The notes: generated by a model not told the origin, from the sequence alone. DNA of 24,307 nucleotides from Octopus sinensis (GCF_006345805.1 NW_021836443.1:1-24307); one strand, 5' to 3'; positions 1 through 9,110 are shown, numbered from the stretch's first letter. Made by a program: numbers and translations.

Positions 1-328
1 GAGAACGAGAGACGAAAATTTGATTGGTACCTGCACTTTTAACGACCTCCGTGAGGTTTGGCTCTAGAAAGCCGGAATGATAACCGCTTCCAGTTGACCG
101 CTTTATGCAGACACACGCGCGCGCTTTCAGCGAATGTTTTAGTCACCATTCCTTTCCTACATCAGATGAAGTGTTGTCTAGCATTGGATTGACTGCCCGT
201 GCACACCTTTGAAAAGGCCGAAAACGACCGAAATATACATGCTTTACACTCTTGCAAATTCAGGGACGAATTTACGTCTTCCCTACAACAGTAACTGGCC
301 CAAGTGTATATACATATTTTATATATAT

Positions 329-590
329 ATCACGTGACCGACCAGACCATCAGATGTTGCTCAGTCTTCGAATGACGCCACCCCGCTGGCTAAGCGAGAA
401 GGCCAACAGAAGAAAGAGTGAGAGAAAGAGTGGTGAAAGAGTACAGCAGGGATCACCACCCCCTGCCAGAGCATCGTGGAGCTTTTAGGTATTTTCCTCA
501 ATAAACACTCACAAACCCGGTCTGGGAATCGAAACCGCGATCTACGACCGCTAGTCCGCTGCCCTAACCACTGGGCCATTGCCGCTCCGC
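329..590 (-). mobile_element. tRNA-derived SINE, family A (full head; tail ends CACGTGAT into (TA)n)
   Basis: Minus strand starts GGAGCGGCAATGGCCCAGTGGTTAGGGCAGCGG (A box) and later has GGTTTCGATTCCCAGACCGGG (B box). Homologous to 7108-7408 and 17097-17283. Confidence 0.85.
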
Positions 591-592
591 CA

Positions 593-657
593 ACACACAC
601 ACAACACACACACCCCACACACCACACACACACCACACACACACACACACACACACC
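593..657. repeat. (CA)n microsatellite, imperfect
   Basis: Direct reading. Confidence 0.95.
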
Positions 658-681
658 TATATAATTATATTATATATAGTT

Positions 682-880
682 AATCCAAACATGAAAACAC
701 AAAAAGAAAAACAAAACGCGAGGACGTGGAACAAATTATAGTATATTGGACACTCAGGAAAGGAAAGAAAGAAGGAGATTTTAACGTTTCGAGCGGAGCT
801 CTTCGTCAGAAACATGGAAAAGGAAAGATCCAAGGAAGGGAAGAAGAGGAGGAAAAAATCGCCAACGATACACACGCGGT
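682..880 (-). mobile_element. Putative Penelope-like element terminal-repeat fragment with hammerhead motif
   Basis: Carries a CTGACGA...GAAAC motif. Homologous to 3898-4100 (shared cactcaggaa and gagc-xxx-gctcttcg-x-caga). Confidence 0.55.
778..815 (-). ncRNA. Minimal type-I hammerhead ribozyme-like motif
   Basis: Minus strand: ttt-CTGACGA-a-GAGC-tcc-GCTC-GAAA-CGTT-aaa. Core boxes intact, 4-bp stem II, palindromic ACGT stem III, weak stem I. Confidence 0.55.
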
Positions 881-883
881 CAT

Positions 884-914
<31 letters not shown>

Positions 915-942
915 TGTATGTATTTTAATAATTTTATACATT

Positions 943-1428
943 ATTATAACAAGGGATTGGCTATAAGCCTCACCACGCGCTGGAAAAATAGACGCCAGAA
1001 AACGCTAGAAGACCACCTCAAGAACTCCGAGCTAAAAAACATTGGCCGGTAGTTGAGTAAAAGAAAGATAATGAATTAAACTTTTGGTTAACCGTGTACA
1101 AGATCCTGTTTCAAGCTTATAGTAATAAGATATTACTGCTCTCATTAGCAACGATACTCCATAGTATAAATTTTCGAGTATCTTACACATACGAGCTGCT
1201 CGTATACGTATGTGTAGATGAGAACTGTATGGAATATCTTTTTACTTTAAGCTTGAAACAAGATCTTGTACACAGTTAACCAAAAGTTTAATTCGTCATC
1301 TCTCTTTAGCCCGACTGCAGGACAGTGTTTTACTCTCGGAGTTCTTGAGCTGGTAATAGCGTCTAGCGTCTTTTGGCGTCTATTTTTGTAGCGTGTGGAG
1401 AGGCTTGTAGCCAATCCCACGTTATAAT
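943..1428. mobile_element. MITE / fold-back element with ~190-bp imperfect TIRs
   Basis: 943-1136 is the reverse complement of ~1231-1428 (e.g. aattaaacttttggttaaccgtgtacaagatc vs gatcttgtacacagttaaccaaaagtttaatt). TA-rich ends, no coding capacity. Confidence 0.85.
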
Positions 1429-1435
1429 TATATAT

Positions 1436-1665
1436 TTCTTTACTACCCACAAGGGGCTAAACACAGAGAGGAAAAACAAGGACAGAAAAACGGATTAAGT
1501 CGATTACATCGACCCCAGTGCGTAACTGGTACTTAATTTATCGACCCCGAAAGGATGAAAGGCAAAGTCGACCTCGGCGGAATTTGAACTCAGAACGTAA
1601 CGGCAGACGAAATACAGTTACGCATTTCGCCCGGCGTGCTAACGTTTCTGCCAGCTCGCCGCCTT
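1436..1665 (-). mobile_element. tRNA-derived SINE, family C (Nin/Deu-like central domain), with 15-bp TSD
   Basis: Minus strand: AAGGCGGCGAGCTGGCAGAAACGTTAGC...GAGTTCAAATTCC (B box)...GCCTTTCATCCTTTCGGGGTCGATAAATTAAGTACCAG. Flanked by gttataattatatat at 1421-1435 and 1666-1680. Confidence 0.9.
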
Positions 1666-1789
1666 GTTATAATTATATATATAATTATAAATATAATAAT
1701 CAAAATAATTGCAAAATTTACCTATAAGGTTCTTATTCCTGCGCTGAGCCCCTAGTAAAATCATTAATGATTTTTACCATTTATTATAT

Positions 1790-1790
1790 G

Positions 1791-1852
<62 letters not shown>
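1790..1852. repeat. (TA)n microsatellite
   Basis: Direct reading. Confidence 0.95.
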
Positions 1853-1856
<4 letters not shown>

Positions 1857-1933
1857 AAACAAGTTCAAAAATAGAAAATGCTAAAATAATTTTATAGTGA
1901 ACATTTCAGTACCGGTTTCGGTCATTTTGAGAC
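1853..1933 (-). mobile_element. Short putative Penelope-like fragment carrying the 3' half of a hammerhead
   Basis: Minus strand gtc-tcaaaat-gacc-GAAA-CCGG-TA. Truncated by (TA)n before the CTGANGA box. Confidence 0.35.
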
Positions 1934-2687
1934 GTATATATATATACGTTCATCTCCAGATATGTATATATACACACAGGTGTAACAAACATGTGTGTGA
2001 GTGTGTCTATGTTAATATGCATACATATCTATATATCTAAGTATATATATTGAATATATTTAATATATATGTATATATATATATTTATATGCAAATATTC
2101 ATACATACACTCATATACATCTCTATGTCGTTTGCGCGTGTAGGTACACATACATATACAACTTATCCATGGATACATAAATGCATACGCATTTACATAT
2201 ATACATATATAATACAAATTTAAGTGTATATATATTAGAGAATGTATGTGTATGCGTATGTATATATGTTTGTATAAATAAGTTTCAGTGAAAGGAAAAT
2301 GAAGGGGCCCTGAGACGAAATGACGGGACAGGAAAGATATCGATAGATACATACCATTAGTAAAGTCTCTGGGGTCAGCCAAAGTGTGATTTGGAGGAGA
2401 GATTGCGAATCAAAATTGAAAGAAGGCAGACGTCTCCTGGCAGCCATTGTTTATAGTGTGTTGTTTTATATACATTTTGTGAATAAAGGTGATTGTCTGA
2501 GTGTGGAGTAAAAATAGATGGAGAAAGTCAACAGGGAGTGGAATATATATATGTATATGTGAATTTGTGTACACACACAACACACACACACATATATGCA
2601 TCGATGTACATTTGTGCGTGTGTCTAAACATACACTTTTAAATGGATGTACATTTGTGTGTCCATACATATATATGAATATTTATAG

Positions 2688-2842
2688 ATATATATATGTG
2701 TGTGTGTATGTGTGTATATATGTATACATATGTATATATATATATATATATGTATAATATGTATATATATATGTATATATGTATATATATATGTATATAT
2801 GTATATATAATATATGTATATATATGCATATATGTATGTATG

Positions 2843-2898
<56 letters not shown>

Positions 2899-2908
2899 TA
2901 TATATATA
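2688..2908. repeat. Compound (TA)n/(TG)n/(TATG)n microsatellite
   Basis: Direct reading. Confidence 0.95.
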
Positions 2909-3043
2909 CAGTAACCTCTCACCATATCGCGGTTCACCTATCGCGGTTTATTATATAAGCTTTCGTCGATTCCTCCGTGGTGTTGTTTTGCATTTATAAT
3001 AAAATAAATATATACAATTAATAAAACTAAAACAATATATTCA

Positions 3044-3211
3044 GGCGCAGGAGTGGCTGTGTGGTAAGTAGCTTGCTTACCAACCACATGGCTCCGTGTT
3101 CAGTCCCGCTGCTTGGCACATTGGTCTTCTACTAAGTGTCTTCTACTATAGCCTCGGGCTGACCAAAGCCTTGTCAGTGGATTTGGTAGAAAGAAGCAGA
3201 AAGAAGCCCGT
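3044..3211 (+). mobile_element. tRNA-derived SINE, family B, 5' half
   Basis: GGCGCAGGAGTGGCTGTGTGGTAAG (A box), GTTCAGTCCC (B-box-like), then gaccaaagccttgt...aagaagcccgt. Homologous to the copies at 11135 and 13762. Confidence 0.85.
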
Positions 3212-3800
3212 TTTCCCTTTCTCCCCTTCTTCCCTTCCTGTTTTTTCTCACTTATCCTATCTCCAGTTTTTTCAATCTCCCCTCACAGTTCTCTGTCTAT
3301 TACTCTCTCCCTCACTCTTCCTCTCTTGCTCACGTAGCCCCCACACGACCATTGGCCATCTTTCTTTCTTCTCCCAACTTGTGTTTCTTTCTTTCCGTTG
3401 TAGCTGGATCAAGGAAGACGTGTTCTTGTTTGTCTCCTGTCCAAGCTTGATTTACGCGTTCGCCACTACAACCTCGTTTAGGCTTAGCAGCCCTTCCCGT
3501 TTGTTTTCACTGTCCTGTTTGTGTTACCAATTTTGATCTTCCGCAAAATCCCTAATTTAATTTAAGTTGCTTTGCGGGAGCAGTTGTTTTTTCGAAAGCG
3601 TATCTTCTTGTTAAATGCTCGAAATATGAGAGTAGAAAAACAGCCAACAACTGATGAAGGATCGTTTCTTCTTTTGTTTGTCTTGTTTTCTATTAGTGTC
3701 TTTCGTTGTGCGAAAAAATAGTTCATATTCCATGTACTCGTACTTCGTATATTTTTTGTTGTACACGTTTCGTGACGTCCTGTGCCTACATATGCATATA
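3212..3800 (+). mobile_element. Interspersed repeat, family P (possibly Penelope-derived)
   Basis: Homologous to 20861-21450 (-) and 21495-21845. Shared gctcgaaa..agtaga..acagcc.acaactgatgaagg and gtgacgtcctgt.cc.acatatgcata. Confidence 0.7.
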
Positions 3801-3897
3801 TTTATAGGTATAGATGTAAGTATGTACATATACATATGTATATATGCATAAATATATATTATTTATATTATATTATATTTATATATATATATATATA

Positions 3898-4100
3898 TAA
3901 CGGGAAGGTTTACGAAAATAAACAAAAGTCGAAGGCAGGTAGAGTACAAACAAACAAATATATTAGTATGGCACTCAGGAATAGAAATAGAACAAGTCTT
4001 TTACATTTTGAGCCTACGCTCTTCGACAGAAAGATACACAGAAAAAAACAAGGAGAGAAAAAATGTGTGTAGGAGCTAACCTTTCCGTGTGGAAATAGAT
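3898..4100 (-). mobile_element. Putative Penelope-like terminal-repeat fragment with decayed hammerhead (~3996-4034)
   Basis: Minus strand tcttt-CTGTCGA-a-GAGC-gtag-GCTC-AAAA-TGT-A-aaaga. Homolog of 682-880. Confidence 0.5.
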
Positions 4101-4103
4101 AAA

Positions 4104-4110
<7 letters not shown>

Positions 4111-4139
<29 letters not shown>

Positions 4140-4220
4140 TGTATGTATGTATGTATGTATGTATGTATGTATGTATGTATGTATGTATGTATGTATGTAT
4201 GTATGTATGTATGTATGTAT
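4111..4220. repeat. (TATG)n microsatellite
   Basis: Perfect tetranucleotide run at the position where SINE B has its internal microsatellite (compare 11290-11325). Confidence 0.95.
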
Positions 4221-4445
4221 ATATGTGTGTTTGAATGTCTGTGTTTGTCCCCCCACCATCGGTTGACAACCGATAGTGACGTGTCTACGTCCCCGCAACT
4301 TAACAGTTCGGCGAAAGTTCGCCTATAGAATAAGTTCTAGGCTTACAAAGAATAAGTCTAAGGGTCGATTCGTTCGACTAAAGGCGGTGCTCCAGTATGG
4401 CCGCAGTCAAATGCCTGGAACAAATGAAAGAGTTAAAGAACAAAA
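4221..4445 (+). mobile_element. SINE family B, 3' half
   Basis: tgtttgtccccccaccatc..ttgacaaccgat...aaggcggtgctccagtatggccgcagtcaaatg...A-rich tail. Matches 14032-14138 and 16972-17075. Confidence 0.85.
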
Positions 4446-5686
4446 GTAGAGTAGTGTACTGTTTCTACTTCTCGGATGTTCACCTATCGCGGGGGCTTTT
4501 AGAACGCAACAACTGCGATAGTCGAGGGATTACTGTATATATATATATATGTACCCCAACCAACCTCCCACACTGTCGCTTAAAATAGTAAACATTCCTT
4601 AGCTACACACAAAATAAAAATTGCCAGAAAACAGGTTGGTTCCTCTCAAATCTTTTGTAAATTCTTTAATATATCTCCTTCTGTATATATATATATATAT
4701 ATATATACTATAGCGGGGTTTTTGTTTACTGTTAGTGTAACGCTACTTTTATATGTTTCCTATTTGGAAATAGATAATAAATATATTTTACTTTTGAAGT
4801 AGGCATATATATTGATAAATACATCACTTATGACTTACTTATAAGTGTTATCATTATACGTAAATCCTGACTCCAGCTACATAAACGCCATAGCGAGAAA
4901 TATATTCTCTGAGACGCTAACGGATATTTTATGCGTGCATGTATGTTGAAGATAAATAAATTCGTGTCCTTTTTACCACTATAAAAAAATACAGTTTCAT
5001 AATTACAGAAATAAATTTCATTAATAAGTTGAAAAACGTGAAGAAAGAGAAAATAATTACTACATTACTTTATTTATGTACATTTAGTATTTTTAGCATT
5101 TATAATACAATTTGAAAGTAAAGTAATTTTGTTGTAGAGAATTACGACTTAAAATTCACACTAGCTAATTCTTCATACTAAATATAGTTCTCAACAATTC
5201 AAATAAGTCTTGCTGGATTTTTCATAGACATGGCATAAAAATAGCCAATGTTTCAAAGGAGTGAGTGTCGTAGAGTTTAGTAACATCCCACAAACACTAA
5301 AGATTTCCACCAAATCCAGGGTTTTTATAACTGCTCAACTTGAATTAAAGAATTGAAATCACATAAAAATATTCTTTAACTAATTTTCGGAATTCTTATA
5401 TGTGCAGTTATTTCAACCAATGGGAAAACGACAATCATGTTTCTTCGGAAATACATCATATTGCCAGCTACCACAAATTGGCGGAACTGTGTGAAATGGC
5501 TGCACGGTACCAAACCAACATGATTTTTATTGAACTCCTAATACTTTTTGTTGAATATCTTTTTAAATATTTTCTTGTAAACTGTTTTTAACATTTTCTT
5601 ATTATTATCAAAGAATGTATATATGTATTGTAATATTTTGTGACAACCAGTACTTAACACAACAAAGCTTATACAAAGCTTTACAT

Positions 5687-5738
5687 TTTACTTTTGACAA
5701 TCTTTTTCTAAAAAAGTGAAACCGGTCAAGTGAATAAA
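5687..5738 (+). ncRNA. Decayed type-I hammerhead ribozyme-like motif followed by AATAAA
   Basis: tttactt-TTGACAA-t-cttttt-cta-aaaaag-t-GAAA-CCGG-TC-aagtgaa. 7-bp stem I, 6-bp stem II, palindromic ACCGGT stem III, GUC triplet. Core box has two changes from CTGACGA. Confidence 0.5.
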
Positions 5739-5767
5739 CATCTTTAAAATTGCATTTTCAAACATTC

Positions 5768-5810
<43 letters not shown>

Positions 5811-5890
5811 GTCGAGTAAAAAGTTAGCAACGTTTTAAAGAATTTGTACCGGATTTTTGCAGAGTTTTAAAGATTTTTTAAACATTAAAT

Positions 5891-5951
5891 GGCGGTGCCC
5901 CAGCATGGCCACAGCTCATGAGCTGAAACTAGAATCAATCAATCAATCAAT
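5891..5951 (+). mobile_element. SINE/LINE 3' tail fragment with (AATC)n, inserted in the mariner leader
   Basis: ggcggtgccccagcatggccacagctcatgagctgaaactag resembles the SINE B tail. Confidence 0.6.
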
Positions 5952-6045
5952 TGTTTTGCAATTGTCTGATAATAGACATAGATTGCCCAAATGCATCAAT
6001 AAATTGATTTTGATATTTTTTTCACCGTTGTTACAATCATCTGAA

Positions 6046-6902
6046 ATGGAACTGTCAAAGGGCGATGTTCAAACAATTTTGCTATTCAACTTCAAAAAAA
6101 AAAAAAGGACGGAAAGCAGTTGAAGCTGCTCGCGATATCAACAAAACATTTGGTGAAGAAATGACCAGTAAGTGGTCAGCTCGAAAAGGGTTTAAACTAT
6201 TTCGCAGTGGAGACATGAGCCTTGAACATCGCGAGCGTAGTGGACGCCCATCTGTCATTGATGTCGGTCAATTAAAGACCGTCATTGAGAAAGATCCACG
6301 TAAAACCACTTGAGTACTGGCAAAAGAACTTCAAGTTAGCCAGAAAACTGCCTGCAAACATTTGCATGAGATCGGAAAATCAGAAAAATCTTGACAAATG
6401 GGTACCACACGATTTGAATTAAAAGCCAGAAAATGAGCAGATATTAAATTTGCTCGTCGCTTCTCCGTAACTAGACCGACCCATTTCTTAATCGTATTGT
6501 AACTTACGAAGAAAAGTAGATTCTGTACAATAAAAAAAACGTTCTTCGCAGTGGTTGGGCCAAAATGAAGCACCGAAATCCTTTCTTAAAGATGAACTCT
6601 TCAAAAAGAAGGTTATGGAGACTGTTTGGTAGTGTACTGCTGGACTCATCCACTATAACTTCTTAAAACCCGGAAAAACCCTTACTGCAGAAACATATTG
6701 CGATGAAATTACCAAAATGAACGAAAAACCGCTACTCCTCCGTCCCAGACTGATCAACAGAAGAGAGCCAATCATTCTTCTTGACAATGTTTGACCACAC
6801 ATTTCCCTAATGACGCTCCAGAAGTTGAGGGAACTTAGCTACGAAGTTCTTCCCCACCCAGCTTATTCTCCAGACCTTTCTCCTACTAATTACCACTTTT
6901 TC
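6046..6902 (+). pseudogene. Mariner transposase pseudogene (frameshifts and stops)
   Basis: Reconstructed: MELSKGDVQTILLFNFKKGRKAVEAARDINKTFG...FRSGDMSLE..RSGRP (HTH), WVPHDL, FLNRIVTYEEK*ILY, IILLDNV*PH, LPHPAYSPDLSPTNYHFF. Confidence 0.93.
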
Positions 6903-7107
6903 TGTCACTCATCTCTCCCTTTTTTCTTTCCCTTCTCCTCTCTCTTGTCCCCTTACCCTCTGCCTGTTGCTATCACGTGATTATAAGCTACTTTTCCCGT
7001 CTCTCTGTCTTTTTTGGATGTGACGTCCAACCAGCTGGGCGTAACTCCTCTCGCCTCTCGATATTTTTTCTCTCCTACTATTTTTTCTCTTCTCTTTATT
7101 CTATATA

Positions 7108-7408
7108 TTTTTTTTTTATGCGCCCTTTTCAAGCCTAGCCAGGCTCATGGGCCCGGTTTCCTGGTTTCTATGACGTATGTGCTCCCCCCAGCTGGACGGG
7201 ACGCCAGTTCATCGCAGCGTTACTCAAGAAACAGGAAGAAAGAGTGAGAGAAAGTTGGGGCGATAGAGCACAGCAGGGATCGTCACCACCCCCTGCCGGA
7301 GCCTCGTGGAGCTTTAGGAGTTTTCGCTCAATAAACACACACAACGCCCGGTCTGGGAATCGAAATCGCGAGCCCGCTGCCCTAACCACTGGGCCATTGC
7401 GCCTCCAC
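7108..7408 (-). mobile_element. tRNA-derived SINE, family A head and body with an alternative (Meta-like) tail and poly(A)
   Basis: Head and body nearly identical to ~410-590. Tail gagtaacgctgcgatgaactggcgtcccgtccag...gaaaccgggcccatgagcc...A10. Confidence 0.85.
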
Positions 7409-7416
7409 ATATATAT

Positions 7417-7798
7417 GTATATATAAAACTGAGAATGTGTGTCTGTCTGTCTGTGTGTTTCCGTAAAACTTGATAACTACGCAGCCAATTTCATTCAAAT
7501 TTCACACATGCCTTACTTAGGGTCCGGGGAGTGTCATCGGCAAAAATTTTAAAAAACTTTTTGCCTAGGGCGAGCCCACAGTAATATCATATTTTCTCCA
7601 CTCTGATTCCCCAAACTTGAGAACTACAGAACCAGTTTCATTCAAATTTTACACATGCCTTACTTAGGGTCCATGTAGTATCATGGGCGAAAAAAATGTT
7701 TAACTTCTTGCCTAGAGCGAGCCCACGGCAGTATCATATCTTCTCCACTATTTCAGTATTACGTGTCAAAAGTGAAACAAAAACATCTCTCTATTGTA
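7417..7798 (+). mobile_element. Non-autonomous Helitron-like 5' region with an internal 147-bp tandem duplication
   Basis: Start tatatataaaactgagaatgtgtgtctgtctg resembles the 5' ends at 14453 and 12494. Units are 7466-7602 and 7613-7749. No CTAG end found. Confidence 0.55.
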
Positions 7799-7806
7799 TG
7801 TACATG

Positions 7807-7848
<42 letters not shown>

Positions 7849-8081
7849 TATATATATATTACAAAATATAAGTTATTATATATATATATAATTACAAATA
7901 TAAAGTTAGTGACAACAACGCTCAAAATATTAACAGACTGGAACAGTAATGCTCAAATGAGCTGTATACACTTTTTAATCCGAGGGGAGGCAATGCGAGC
8001 AGCAACTACATATGTATATATATATATATATATATTTATACATAGTATATATATATTATCTATGTGTATATATTATATATA

Positions 8082-8142
<61 letters not shown>

Positions 8143-9110
8143 ACAAGATAAGAAATGGGAAATACATCTAAATCAAATATCAATTACCAGATAATACTCA
8201 ATCACATACTTTATTAACCACCACATAAGAGACTGTAGGGTTAAACATAAAAAGCAGAACAAATCAGTGTACATAAAAAAGTGTACATAAAAGAGTAATG
8301 TTGTATAATAAGTAGAATATATATAAAAAAGAGAATATAAATATAAGTAAATATAAATATAAGTATAGATTACATCTTACAGCTGTTTCGGCCATGTAGA
8401 TAAGTATGTCTCATTTTACCAATATTAGCCTTTTATGGTAGGTCAATATATAGATATAAATGAGACATTTACAAAAATATCATAAGACCTCTTCGGAGAT
8501 ATACATATGAGTGCATATACTCACACTCCTATACATATAAAAATATACATATACATAATAATGTAAATAAATAATATAAATTAGTAAACATATATATGTT
8601 CCATATTCAATGTTTCAGTTTTTCAACTTAATATAGTGATAATAAACATACACATATTAGTACCTAGATGCAAATATACATAGTCAATAGTACATTATAT
8701 TACTTCCTACTAATTTCTAAAGTGTCATTAAAGTTAGCATCATTATCGTTGTCAATACCATTATTATCATTCATAATATTATTAATAATACTTACATTAG
8801 GATCCAAAGTGGCACATATGTGTGTCCGGGTTCCAGTTAGTAATTTTCCTTATGACATAAATACACTATTGGATTTGAATTTAAATTATCATTGTCTACC
8901 TCGTGGTTGGTCCGTTGAGAGCCGCCCGACCTCCACACACCGCACAAGTAAAACATACACGTCCACATCCAACTCCAAACCCACACGTCCACATAAAAAC
9001 CCACACACACATGCACGCACACATGAATACACCCCAACACATCCCTACACATTCACTAGATTGCAGAGTGTATGTCTGTCATCGCATGGCTTATAGACAA
9101 ATCAGTACAG
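8143..9110 (-). mobile_element. Putative Penelope-like retroelement 3' remnant
   Basis: Hammerhead at 8371-8503 with a downstream AATAAA (plus-strand tttatt 8210-8215). The upstream frame ends ..DNLNSNPIVYLCHKENY*, loosely like PLE ORF C-termini. Boundaries approximate. Confidence 0.45.
8371..8503 (-). ncRNA. Type-I hammerhead ribozyme-like motif with extended stem II
   Basis: Minus strand tatatct-CCGAAGA-GGTC-[~92 nt including an atgtctcattt/aaatgagacat helix]-GGCC-GAAA-CAGCTG-TA-agatgta. One core deviation (U4C). Confidence 0.65.

Larger units (their letters stand above)
2909..4535. mobile_element. Tigger/pogo-like non-autonomous DNA transposon, split by nested insertions (own sequence ~2909-3040 and ~4447-4535)
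   Basis: Left end TA|CAGTAACCTCTCACCATATCGCGGTT. Right end reverse complement TA|CAGTAATCCCTCGACTATCGCAGTT. The subterminal motif gttcacctatcgcgg is present in both parts. Confidence 0.75.
5807..6902 (+). mobile_element. Mariner (cecropia/Hsmar1-like) DNA transposon, 3'-truncated
   Basis: Left TIR TCAGGTCGAGTAAAAAGTTAGCAACGTTT follows (TA)n and resembles the Hsmar1 TIR. A transposase pseudogene follows. No right TIR seen. Confidence 0.85.

Noticed and set aside
1-308. Possible right end of a Tc1-like element (..actggcccaagtg|TA)
   Set aside because: The partner TIR would lie outside the window, so it is unsupported. Similar weak gacacccct ends at ~17434 and ~23811 are also unpaired.
515-590. 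Possible tRNA genes here and at ~7345-7408, ~13065-13142, ~22995-23040
   Set aside because: Pol III boxes are present but there is no closed acceptor stem or full cloverleaf; the first three continue into SINE bodies and the last is only a B-box-like remnant.
2029-2999. Many overlapping ORFs rich in YI/IY, CV, HT (also 7696-8194, 17989-18489, 21707-22831)
   Set aside because: Translations of (TA)n/(CA)n/(TG)n microsatellites, which lack stop codons.
3610-3670. Family P gctcGAAA...CTGATGAagg as a permuted (type II) hammerhead
   Set aside because: The boxes are present, but no convincing stem I or stem III forms between them in any copy.
5200-5600. Possible Penelope GIY-YIG coding remnant upstream of the 5687 hammerhead
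   Set aside because: I could not recover GIY/YIG or other diagnostic motifs in the frames I tried by eye.
6046-6902. SETMAR or a domesticated transposase gene
   Set aside because: No SET domain, multiple stops and frameshifts, and a TIR directly upstream.
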